NCBI GenBank assembly: GCA_045628045.1
Contig: JAZQOV010000006.1
Coordinates: 1-64,000 of the forward strand
DNA: 64,000 nucleotides
From: Bacilli bacterium
Lineage (GTDB): Bacteria > Bacillota_I > Bacilli_A > RFN20 > CAG-826
Reading direction: 5' to 3'
Of the stretch, positions 40,098 through 50,600 are shown one piece after another (the first letter of the stretch is position 1; each line of letters starts with the position of its first letter). The notes beneath the pieces were generated by a model that was not told the origin of the DNA, did not search any database, and saw only the letters and a list, made by a program, of their open reading frames with translations. The position numbers and the translations under genes are program-made.

Positions 40098-42203
40098 TTA
40101 TTCACCTTCTCCTTTCAAACTTGGGTTAACAGCATCTCTTAAGCCGTTACCGAACAAGTTAAATGAAATCATAAGTAATGCGATGATAACTGATGGGAAA
40201 ATTAACAAATATGGATGGTTTGTTAACTCGATTTGGTTATCGGAAAGAATAACACCTAAAGAGGCTAAGTTTTTAAATCCTAAACCTAAATAAGAAATTG
40301 TAGCTTCGCTAAAGATAACACTTGGGACCATTAAGACTGCTGAAGTAATAATTGTACCCATGGCGTTTGGAAGAATGTGGCGAGCAATAAGTCGACCATT
40401 CGAAGCACCAAGTGTTCTAGAGGCCAAAACGTACTCTCGACCCCTAAATCTATAGAACTGAGTACGCGTTGTTGCAGCTGTACCAATCCAACCTGTTAAA
40501 CAAAGCGCTAAAGCGAATGTAAAGAAGTTGGATCCAAGTTTAATAATTGTAAGTGTCATAACGACAATCCATGGAACACCAGCAAGAATATCTGTGAAAC
40601 GTTCCATAATAAGGTCGACTGCACCGCCAAAGTAACCACAGACAGAACCCCAGATCAAACCAAATAAGAAACAAATTACTGTTGTGGCAAGGCCAAGGAG
40701 AAGAGAAGTTCTAAGTCCTTCAAAAACATAAATAAACATGTCTCTTCCTGTAACATCTGTTCCTAAAATGAATTTTGGCATCTTATCAAGGCCATATTTC
40801 ATCTTGTAGTAATAAACTTCGACTTTAATATGATCAACAAGTCCTGTTGTTTGGTCTAATACGACATCATCTTTTGTAAAGACTTCAACAAATGGACATT
40901 TTTCTTTATTTAAAATCTCACATTTGCATGAAGTTATTTCATAAAGTCCGGTTTCATCGTTAATTTCAGTCTTAACACTGTAATTGATGTATCCTTTGTT
41001 TTTAAGTTCTTTAAGTTGGGTGTTATACATATCAACAACACGTGCACCCAATACAGCTTCGTATGTGTCATAAGTGAATGAACAAAGAACTGCTCTTATT
41101 AAATAAGAGGTATCTCTAGAATAAGAGGTATTGGAGATATTTTTCCAATAACCTGGTTCTGTTGATAAACGTTTTGCTTCATCATTTCCATCTTTAAATG
41201 AATAAGCATTAAATACTTCGTTTGCGTCATCGTCATAAGTATCGCACTTAATGTTGATTGATTTAATCAAAGTGCAAGCTTGTTTAACTTCTGGATTATT
41301 TTTAACTCTAATTTCAAGTGTTGGGTTATCAATTTTTGAATCTAAATTAAGAGCTTTTCCGTTTTCGTCTTTCATTTCTAAGAACATGTCACGGATATTA
41401 ATTGAAGATTCTTGTCCACCAACATCATGAGACATTGCCCATGAAGTTAATTGGATTTCATAATCAACAAGATTTTGGCTGAATGAGAAGAATAAAGCAT
41501 TCTCGGCATCTTTATAACCTGTTGGGAATTCTTTTGTCTTTTCATCGCTTGCTTCAAGCTTAATAGTGTCATAAGTAACAAAGTTATCTATGATAAAATC
41601 ACCATCAAGGTCGAATTCTTTAAGTTTTGCTTCTGTAGCATAGCTAACGTATTCAACGTCTGCTGGCATTGAGAAATAACCGAATTGGACAAAACCTTCT
41701 CTGAAATATTTATTTGCAGAGGTAACGTATTGTTCTTCACCAATAACTAAATCAGAAACAGCGTTTTTGTTGTATCGATCGTAATCTGGTCCCCATTCAT
41801 CTTTGTTTGAACTTGAAGTATCAACAGCAATGTCCACCATTTTCTTAGTTCCATCCCAGAAACCAGTGCCAGAGTTAAATAATTTTGGCTCTAAGTAATA
41901 AAGTTCTGGATGTGATGAATTTGTTTCGTGAACTTCGCTTGTTTTGCAAACGACTGGAACAAGAACAGACATTACAAGTAAAATGCCTAAAATAACGGTT
42001 GCAACAACACTTGATTTGTTTTTTGCAAATCTCCTTAAGCAGTCTTTAAAGAATGTGGTTGGCTTAGTCTCAAATTTTTGATCATGAATTTTAGTGTTCG
42101 CTTGAACAAGCTTAAAATCAGACTTAGAAATGCTTGGATCTAAGGCTTCGACTGGGAGATTTTTTAAATTGAATTCATTTTTAGCGTTTTTCATATTATG
42201 CAT
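40098..42203 (-). CDS. oppC: Oligopeptide ABC permease OppC with a large extracytoplasmic insertion
   Basis: OppC_N region (RFAKNKSSV), LGTDVTGRD, EAA loop and GNGLRDA. Confidence 0.88.
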   Translation of the reverse strand: MHNMKNAKNEFNLKNLPVEALDPSISKSDFKLVQANTKIHDQKFETKPTTFFKDCLRRFAKNKSSVVATVILGILLVMSVLVPVVCKTSEVHETNSSHPELYYLEPKLFNSGTGFWDGTKKMVDIAVDTSSSNKDEWGPDYDRYNKNAVSDLVIGEEQYVTSANKYFREGFVQFGYFSMPADVEYVSYATEAKLKEFDLDGDFIIDNFVTYDTIKLEASDEKTKEFPTGYKDAENALFFSFSQNLVDYEIQLTSWAMSHDVGGQESSINIRDMFLEMKDENGKALNLDSKIDNPTLEIRVKNNPEVKQACTLIKSINIKCDTYDDDANEVFNAYSFKDGNDEAKRLSTEPGYWKNISNTSYSRDTSYLIRAVLCSFTYDTYEAVLGARVVDMYNTQLKELKNKGYINYSVKTEINDETGLYEITSCKCEILNKEKCPFVEVFTKDDVVLDQTTGLVDHIKVEVYYYKMKYGLDKMPKFILGTDVTGRDMFIYVFEGLRTSLLLGLATTVICFLFGLIWGSVCGYFGGAVDLIMERFTDILAGVPWIVVMTLTIIKLGSNFFTFALALCLTGWIGTAATTRTQFYRFRGREYVLASRTLGASNGRLIARHILPNAMGTIITSAVLMVPSVIFSEATISYLGLGFKNLASLGVILSDNQIELTNHPYLLIFPSVIIALLMISFNLFGNGLRDAVNPSLKGEGE

Positions 42204-43242
42204 TCTTCTCCCCCATTCTGATACGTGGGTCAATAAATCCATATGAAAGGTCGAGGACAATACCTGCAAGTAAACCGACAATTGTAAAGATTGCCATGTC
42301 TACTAAAAGGACGTTGTAGTCTGGGTTTGATTGATTTAAAGCCCTAATATAAATATTTCCAATACCTGGAATATCGTAAATTGATTCAAGAATCATACTT
42401 CCGGAGAAAACACCGATGAATTCTGCCAAAATTGATGGAAGAATTGGAACGAATGCATTTCTTAAAGCATGACGAGTAATGGCTTGGCGTTTTGTTAAGC
42501 CTTTTGTGCGCGCGAGTAATAGATATTCGCTAGACATAACTTCACAAAGTTCAGCTCTAACGAAACGTGTGTAACCACAAACAGAGCCAAAGCTTAGTGA
42601 CATAACTGGAATAATGTAAGCTAAAATTCTTATTTTAAGTTCAGCATCTTTTGTTGGCCACATTGTTGGAAGACCGCCTTTGAATGCTAACAAATAAACT
42701 AAGAAAATGATAATGACGAATGATGGGATAGAAATAAAAATCATAACAAGAGTTGAAATTGTGTGGTCAACCCAAGTATTTTTCTTAAGTCCTGCAATAA
42801 TACCAAAAAGAATTCCTAAAGGAACTGAGATTAAAACAGAAATAATATTAACCGAGAATGAAATTGGGAGTCTATCAAAGATGATTTTGATTGCAGATGC
42901 ATTTGGTTCAATAACTGTAGATCTGCCCCAGTCCCATTTAGTTACAATGTTTTTAAGCCATGTAGTGTATTGTTCAAAAATAGGTTTTGTATAAAAATAG
43001 TGCTTAGTACCATTAAGCTCTGTAAATGATTCAAGAAGTTTACCAAGTTCATCATGAGGAACTGGCATATCAACAACATATCCAAGTTCGACTTGGTCAA
43101 GATAGAAAGCGTAACGAACACTTTCAGTTGGAGATACAACGCCGGTTGGCGGTAAGGATTTGATTAAGAAAAATGTTAACGTCAAAATAATAAATGCTGT
43201 GACAAACGCTAACAATATTCTTTTAATAGAGTACTTTAACAT
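42196..43242 (-). CDS. oppB: Oligopeptide ABC permease OppB
   Basis: Motifs ARTKGL, RHALRNA and DPRIR. Confidence 0.92.
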   Translation of the reverse strand: MLKYSIKRILLAFVTAFIILTLTFFLIKSLPPTGVVSPTESVRYAFYLDQVELGYVVDMPVPHDELGKLLESFTELNGTKHYFYTKPIFEQYTTWLKNIVTKWDWGRSTVIEPNASAIKIIFDRLPISFSVNIISVLISVPLGILFGIIAGLKKNTWVDHTISTLVMIFISIPSFVIIIFLVYLLAFKGGLPTMWPTKDAELKIRILAYIIPVMSLSFGSVCGYTRFVRAELCEVMSSEYLLLARTKGLTKRQAITRHALRNAFVPILPSILAEFIGVFSGSMILESIYDIPGIGNIYIRALNQSNPDYNVLLVDMAIFTIVGLLAGIVLDLSYGFIDPRIRMGEKNA

Positions 43243-43383
43243 TTTATAAAAACCTCGGTTTTTCTATCGTTTCGCAAAACGCTTTTATATTATATAAAAA
43301 AGTCAATGGTTATTCAATGAACATTTAAATTAAAATTTAAGTATGAAAAAAAGATGGCCACGAATGACCACCTTTTTTACTCA

Positions 43384-44571
43384 TTATAAATCGTACATTG
43401 TGTCGACTAATTTGTAGCCGTTATCTTTTGGATTTTGAACCTTAACAATTTCAAATTCTTCATCAAATATTTGGCTACGATTGAATGACCTAGTCCAGTG
43501 CTTTCCTTCGAGCTCATATGACATTGTCATATCAGCTGTTAAAGTTCTGGTTAAATTCTTACTATTTAAGAAGTCTTGTTTATAGACATAATCATAGAGA
43601 GTATCTGTTGGAATATTGAAGTAATTTATTTCATCATCAGCATCAACAACTTGCTTTGTTCCGCTCTCGCTATAAGAGAGTAAAAGTGATTCTTCATCAA
43701 CAGAATAAAACTTTGTGGAGGACATGCCAATAAAGTCACTAAAATCTGTTTTTCCATCAAAATCTTCAAGAGCATCATTGACAATCTTTTCACCACTTAC
43801 GAAGAAACAATTGAGAATACCTTTAATAGCTTCATCGTATGTTTCGTAGGCTGATGTATTTAAGTCAAAATAGTTCTTTTCGTTCTCGGTAATGTGGATC
43901 ATTCTTACATATTGACCATAGTTAATTTGGTAGAAAATCCATTTGCCATCTGATACTTCTGGAGCTCCGCCTTCAGTACGATAAGTGATGTAAGGTCCTT
44001 CAACAAAGAAGTAGCCTGCATCCATATCATAACCAATTGCTTCATAGCTCTGACTTCCGTATTGTTGAACTCCTTCACATCCATAGAATTCTTCACTATA
44101 TTCGTAGCGAACGCATTTTCTAACATGTGAATAGCTTTCAGAATTATATTTGTTCTTAATGTTATCAATAACACCTTGAACATCAGCTTTAGCTGATGAA
44201 GCAGAAACAATTGCTCTTACTTTTCTTGAAATTTTCCCATCTTTTGAAGTGATAAGAATGTCTGTGTAGCCTTTCTTGTGGCCAGTTAAAACACCAGTTT
44301 CAGAAACGCTAACAATTGATTCATCATTTGATGTAAATTCAATTTGGTTAAGAGTGTATTGTTCTGGGAATGACTCGATTTCAATTTGTTTAGTTTCATT
44401 AACAGTTAAATTGTAACTAAGTCTTTTCGCAGAGAAATAATCATTATCTTGATAACCAATACCAGGAAAATTATAGACATGAGTCTCAATATTCGCTGAT
44501 TTAGGTCCACATGAAGCTAAAGCAACAATACCGACAGCACCTGTAAGAAGAGTTAATAATCTTTTATTCAT
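43384..44571 (-). CDS. Lipoprotein with a Big_2 Ig-like domain
   Basis: Lipobox LASC; FTSNDESIVSVSETG. Confidence 0.7.
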   Translation of the reverse strand: MNKRLLTLLTGAVGIVALASCGPKSANIETHVYNFPGIGYQDNDYFSAKRLSYNLTVNETKQIEIESFPEQYTLNQIEFTSNDESIVSVSETGVLTGHKKGYTDILITSKDGKISRKVRAIVSASSAKADVQGVIDNIKNKYNSESYSHVRKCVRYEYSEEFYGCEGVQQYGSQSYEAIGYDMDAGYFFVEGPYITYRTEGGAPEVSDGKWIFYQINYGQYVRMIHITENEKNYFDLNTSAYETYDEAIKGILNCFFVSGEKIVNDALEDFDGKTDFSDFIGMSSTKFYSVDEESLLLSYSESGTKQVVDADDEINYFNIPTDTLYDYVYKQDFLNSKNLTRTLTADMTMSYELEGKHWTRSFNRSQIFDEEFEIVKVQNPKDNGYKLVDTMYDL

Positions 44572-44591
44572 AATAGTGCCTTCCCGACGTA

Positions 44592-47500
44592 TTATTCGTC
44601 TGATAAATCAACCGCGTGATAGTTGATTGATGGAGCACCACCATTAATTGAAAGTTCATAATAGAATTCATAGCAGAATTCAAAATTAAGTCTTGATTCA
44701 ATAAATGGATTTTTGTGCCATTCGTCTTTATCTGAATCTTTGAAGCCATTTTGTTCTTTAATTGCTTCATTGACTTCTTGAGCCTTTTCTTTTGTTACAG
44801 TAATAATCACTTCGTGATTATCCTTATCATAAACGATGTTTCCATCGCCTTTTTCAGCAAGGGTAATATTTCCTCTTCCAACAACATAAACATCGAATCT
44901 ATTAGCGTCAAATTCAGCTTTCTTACCTTCAACATTGGATTCAGCAAAATCAACATTGAGTTTAATATTAAATCCTTCGTACATGTTTCCTTGAATATCA
45001 TTTACACCATGAATTTCAAAGACACCAGGTTTCATTGGTCTAGTTGCTGCACATAAATTAACTGGTTCAATCTTCTTACCATTTTCAACGATTCCGCCGT
45101 GGTCTGCAACTTCCCAAAGGGCATCAAATGACCATTTTTGTCCATCATAAATGATTGGATTCTTTTCGTCGATTTCAGAGGTATCTGGACCCCAGTTAAG
45201 TGTAAAGCTTGAAGAGTTATCGCTCTTTAAAACTTCCATAAAGTTGAGTGGGTTGTAAGTATTTCCGCTAATAGCACCAAAGCCAAGATCGAAACATCCT
45301 TGCATCATCCAGACGTTGTAAACGTCTTCCCAGTTAGTAACTGCGTCTTGTTCAACTTTAAGTTTTACTTTACCACCGCAAACAGCGTCATCGTTAAATG
45401 CAGTTTCGAAATATGATTTAATATCTTCACCATATTCTTTAATATCTGTTTGATACATCCATCTAATGTGGATTGTAATTGTGGTTGGATCAGCTTTGCT
45501 CTTGCCTAAAACAATTTTTCCTTCTTTTGAAAGTTGTTGTACTGCATTTCTGAAGCAGTCAACAGCTTTATCATAGTTATAACCGAAGTTTTCGGCATAA
45601 CCTGCAACAGCGTCTTTATGAGCTTGATATTCGTTGTAGCTCTTACCACCATCTTTATTTCTCATTTGATATGCATCTGAGAAGTAGTTTGTTGATGGAA
45701 CAACGCCACGTTTTTCAGCGAATTGATATCTATCAATTGAGTAGAATAAACCATCAAGGAAGTCTTGATTTGACATCCATGGTTTAATATCCCAAGTTTG
45801 GTTTGCTGGCCATTTGCCTTGTGGGCCAAATGTTTCGTCCCATTGTTTTTGAGTCATTGAGTTAACATTTAATTTAAATGTTGAGTCACCTTTTGTCTCA
45901 TAAACACCTGGTTTTCCTCTCCATTCTTGTGTCTTTTTACTTGGAACACCAGCGGAGTCAAGGTTACCAGCTTCAAGTTGTTTCCAGTTCTTTTCTGTGT
46001 CTGTTGAAGTATCAATAACACGGTAGTCAATACCTGGAATGTGATAACGTTCACCAACTTCGAACCAGTTATCATTTCTTGTGAAAATAATTTCTGAATT
46101 CTTCTTCCAATTTGTAAGTGTAAATGGACCTACACAAAGTGTATAGTCAAGAATTGCATCATCATTTTCGTTATTGAAAGTACCATAAATCTTAATGGAA
46201 TCTTTCATTGTAGACTTAATTGCCTTTTCACCCATGAATAAGTCTTCTGGGAGAGGTGAGGTTAAGCTACTTGAAAGTGTGTACATAGCAGTAAATTCAT
46301 CAATTGGGTTGATTAATTCAATATCCAAATAATCAAGATTATTTGTGTCATCGTGACCTTTTTGAATACCTAATTTAGAATTACCATTTGCGTCAACTTT
46401 AGTAAATTCTTCCCATTTCTTATTGATTTCTTCTTTAGAAGTCATTGATTTGGTTTCATTAAAGTAACGTTGTGCACCTTTAATACCATAAGAAGAATCG
46501 TTAGCCATTTCAGTACCACGAATAATGTTATTTGATCCTGTTAAAAGGAGTTTATAAGCAAATTCGTAGTCATCAATTGTAATGCCTCTATTGTTAAAGC
46601 CTTGTCCTTGGAGTTTGCTTGATGCAGTTGTGTATTTTAAATTTGCACCATTAACACCATCGGTTTTAACGTAAATTCTCCATTTTTTATAAAGTTGAGT
46701 TGCGGAATATTCCATCGGAATAGGTGCGTCATTAACTTTCTTTTCTGAATAACCAGTCATTTCACCTTTTTCGTTAAATTGTGGTGCTTTGACTTCGTCA
46801 GCAGCTAAACATGGATACCAAACATATGAAGTTTTACCTTCAAGTTTTGTTCCCCAATAAGTTGAAGTAATATAACTTGCAAGATCACTTACTTGTGAAC
46901 CAGTAGCACTGTATTGGTTAATCTTAAGTGAGTCTTGAGCAATTGATTCATGTAAGAATGTTGGATTTTTCTTTCCTTCATCTCCGGGAAGAGTTCCGTT
47001 TAATTTGCCTTCGGCAAGTAATCCGAAACCATAGCCTTGAATGTATTCACCATCGGTTGGAAGTTCAACACGATCGCTATATCTAACAAGTCCACCATTA
47101 TCAAAAAGTGTGATACCTGTTAAATGTGTATCCATTGCATATTTTTCAAGCTTTCCTAAGATTTCTGCACGTTTGTTGAGTTCTTCTGTTGTTGTACCAC
47201 CAGAATAGTTTTGTCCACCAGTGAACTTTTCAGCATCTTCAACAATCAAAATAGATTTCTTTAAAGCTTTTGTTTCATCTGACTTAGTTTCGGTAACTCT
47301 AAAGTTAACTGTACCAGTTGATTTTGGAGAAATCTTACCGTTTTCATCAATTGTTGCTACTTTTGGATTTGTGGATTCAAAAGTATATGTTCTTCCGGCT
47401 GTATCAATACCATTGTCAAAAACTTGAACACTTTCATTTGTTGAGCTTAATGAAATGATTGATGCGCCTGATTTCATTCCAACTGAAAATGAGAAGTAAA

Positions 47501-47615
47501 CTTTTTCTTCACTTGGATTATCTGATGTACCAGGATTACAGCCAACAAGGTTAGTTGCACCAAAAGCAACAAGTGCTAAAGCAACTGAATTAGTAATTAA
47601 TTTTCTTTTACTCAT
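44592..47615 (-). CDS. oppA: Large OppA-like peptide-binding lipoprotein with an N-terminal Ig-like domain
   Basis: Lipobox LVGC; Big_2 motif; SBP family 5 features (ITIDDYEFAYK, VGPFTL, RNDNW); upstream of oppBCDF. Confidence 0.75.
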   Translation of the reverse strand: MSKRKLITNSVALALVAFGATNLVGCNPGTSDNPSEEKVYFSFSVGMKSGASIISLSSTNESVQVFDNGIDTAGRTYTFESTNPKVATIDENGKISPKSTGTVNFRVTETKSDETKALKKSILIVEDAEKFTGGQNYSGGTTTEELNKRAEILGKLEKYAMDTHLTGITLFDNGGLVRYSDRVELPTDGEYIQGYGFGLLAEGKLNGTLPGDEGKKNPTFLHESIAQDSLKINQYSATGSQVSDLASYITSTYWGTKLEGKTSYVWYPCLAADEVKAPQFNEKGEMTGYSEKKVNDAPIPMEYSATQLYKKWRIYVKTDGVNGANLKYTTASSKLQGQGFNNRGITIDDYEFAYKLLLTGSNNIIRGTEMANDSSYGIKGAQRYFNETKSMTSKEEINKKWEEFTKVDANGNSKLGIQKGHDDTNNLDYLDIELINPIDEFTAMYTLSSSLTSPLPEDLFMGEKAIKSTMKDSIKIYGTFNNENDDAILDYTLCVGPFTLTNWKKNSEIIFTRNDNWFEVGERYHIPGIDYRVIDTSTDTEKNWKQLEAGNLDSAGVPSKKTQEWRGKPGVYETKGDSTFKLNVNSMTQKQWDETFGPQGKWPANQTWDIKPWMSNQDFLDGLFYSIDRYQFAEKRGVVPSTNYFSDAYQMRNKDGGKSYNEYQAHKDAVAGYAENFGYNYDKAVDCFRNAVQQLSKEGKIVLGKSKADPTTITIHIRWMYQTDIKEYGEDIKSYFETAFNDDAVCGGKVKLKVEQDAVTNWEDVYNVWMMQGCFDLGFGAISGNTYNPLNFMEVLKSDNSSSFTLNWGPDTSEIDEKNPIIYDGQKWSFDALWEVADHGGIVENGKKIEPVNLCAATRPMKPGVFEIHGVNDIQGNMYEGFNIKLNVDFAESNVEGKKAEFDANRFDVYVVGRGNITLAEKGDGNIVYDKDNHEVIITVTKEKAQEVNEAIKEQNGFKDSDKDEWHKNPFIESRLNFEFCYEFYYELSINGGAPSINYHAVDLSDE

Positions 47616-47633
47616 TTTTATTTCCTCCTAACA

Positions 47634-50600
47634 TTAGAATTTAAGCCATGAGAATAAATTCCCAAATATATTCATGAAGAATTCAGCAATTACTACTAAT
47701 AGGCTCTTCTTCATAGAAGAAGCTTTTGATTTTTCTTTACCAGTAGTAACTGTAACATCGTACATTGTAGTGAATTCTTTTTCTTCACCATTTTCATCAA
47801 CTCTGATGTATGTGACTTTATTGTTCTCAAACTTAAAGTCATCATTAATGGTGAATTCTGAACCTTGTGCTATTTCAAAGTCACTATAACTTCCATTAAA
47901 GTGACAAATTGCTGTGGTTTCTCCACGTGCGTAATCAACTACTTTAATAAATACACGTGAATCTGAGAATGATGTTTTAGCAGATGAAGAAGCTGCTGCT
48001 TCCATGATTGATTTCTCAAATTCTGAAACATACATCTTTCTTTGTGAATCATACTTAACATCGACCATCGTACTTCCTACAATCGCGTACGCGCATTTAG
48101 TTTCCTTATATGTTAAGCGAATCATATCTTTACCATTTTGGCTAAATTGTTCGATGGTTTCGATAACTGGTGATTCACTATCGATGTGAAGTGTGTATGC
48201 TTTTGAAACCCAAGCACCTGTGGAGGCTAATTGGTAATTGAACTTAAGTTCGTATTCTCCACTTGGGAAGGCCTCTTTTGTTTTAATATCGTAAAGAGGA
48301 ATTAAGGCAAGTGCTCTATGAGCAATATATCCTGCGCCAAGATAATCAGCATCAACATGTGATTTATAAAGTGCATATTTACCAGCAGTGTCACCGAATA
48401 AGCTATCTTCGAGAGCGTTACGGTAAACTTCAATGCCGTTTGCCTTATTTGTGATTGTGAAATAGTTATCTTTAACAGATCTATACACGAATTGTTGAAC
48501 AATTAATGTATTTGTTTTTGATGGGTTGCCAAGATAAATATTTTCTTTTGGATTATCTGATAAATCGCTTGAATATGGATCTGGAACTGTTGCAACTTCG
48601 TGGAATCCTGCGAAATTCTTAATGTTATTATCATTTGTGATAACGCCATTCATATTTACGTTTTGGAGGTTCTTTGCGTAACCTGCAACCATGAGTGAGC
48701 CCATGTCAGCGTTATCTTTACCAAGAAGTGATTTTGCAATGTCGTTGATGAGGTCACTACCGTAGATAGTGTTTTCTTCTTTCTCAAATGAGAAAGGTTC
48801 AACAACTGGAGCACTTGAATATGAAGCGCCATCAATTCTATCGCTTAATGAGTAGAAACCCATGTAAGGGATGGAAAGATCAATGTAGCCATCAATTGAT
48901 TCAAGTGAAACATAACCTTCAAGATAAGTTCCGCCTTTGTAAAGTTCAGCGATTTTGTCCTTTTGTTCTTTGGTAAGTTCATATGATTTTAAGCTAACAG
49001 CTGTTTCGCCATTTGCTTTTAATGTAACTTGACCACAATCAACTGAGGCGATTTCGATATCTTTAATTGATTGATATTCGCTACTTGGAACTTCTTTCCA
49101 AACATATTTTCCAGAAGTGTTATCACAATAATATAAACCTTCTTTGAGAACACCTTGTGGATCTTCTGCTAAATATTGTGATTCGTTTTCGAAGTATTCA
49201 ATATCTTTAGATACTTTGATGACATCTTTATAGTTTGCAGTGCCATCTGCTTCGATAATCTTTTCTTCTTCTGGTGAATAGAATACGAAACCTGGAATTG
49301 ATTTGACTGAGTCAACTTCAACAGGAGTTCCGTAGTCACTTGTAAGAACTTTGTTGCTATAAGCAACAGCTGGTCTCATAACGTTGTATTTAACATTATA
49401 AGTTCTAGCAGTGCTTGATTCGTTATGACCAATAAAGCTTAATGAAATTTTTCCTTTTGAAACATCATCTGAGTTTCTAAGTAAGATTTTGGCTTTATTA
49501 AGTCTTGTGCCATCAATGTCCATACCTTCAAGATAAACATCTGTGTTATAGGCACCTTCTAAGTTAACAAGACCTGCACCTTGCATACGTGGTGAGGTAA
49601 GTGAAACTTCATTATTTTCATCATTAGCATTGCTATCATGCATTGGAATAGCAGTTGACATCATCTTCATGTCAATTGTTTTTCTTGCTTCGGCAATAAC
49701 TTTAGAAGCATTCTTGTCTGATAAATTTAATTCACTTGTTGTTTTTGATAAAACAAGAGCCATTGCACCTTCAAAGTTTGGTGCAGCCATTGAGGTACCA
49801 TTAAGGTACTCATATGCGCTATATGGTGTTTTCTTTTCTTGTTTATTTTGTGGCCAGACAGCACCTTTAATATTGCTACCTGGAGTTGTAATTTCTGGTT
49901 TCAAATCAAGATCATAAGTTGCACCATCAGTTGAGAAGTCACTAATTGTACGTGATAAAACGTTTTCAGATGCAGTATTTCTCTTAATTTTGAGTTTTCC
50001 TTGTGGTTTTGCTTCAAACATTGGTTTATCTTTGAAAAGTGCAAGTGCGATTGGGAATCCAATTGATTTTGCACTATCACCAAAGTCACAAGTAAATGTA
50101 AAGTCTTGTTCGGTTGGGTCATTATTAATAATGACTAAAGCTTTAGCACCATGGTTATCAGCCGTTTCGTATTTTTCTGAGAAGTTGATTTTACCACGAT
50201 TGAGAACAACTATTTTTCCGGATACATCAAGGTTTTTGTAATCTTTTTCTTCACCGAAACCTTTAACATAGACATAGTCTAATTCAATTTCTTGCTCTTC
50301 AGCAGTTGGTTCAAATCCTTCTTCATCAGGATCGATAACACCGCCATTAATAAGTTCAAGGAATCTATGTTCGTTATCTGGATAAGTAGCAGCTTGTCCT
50401 TCTCTATTGACGATTTGATCAAGATAAGGAACAACTGCGCCATCTAAATCGAATGAATCAGCATAGAATGTTTTTGTTGGTTGTCCAGCAGCAACTGTCA
50501 TTGTTGAGGCATTATTTGCGAAAGAACCCATAACACCAGTTTCAACAATGTCTTTTGTCCAGTTGGCATAGCCACCTGTAAATGCATAAGACATTTTTCC

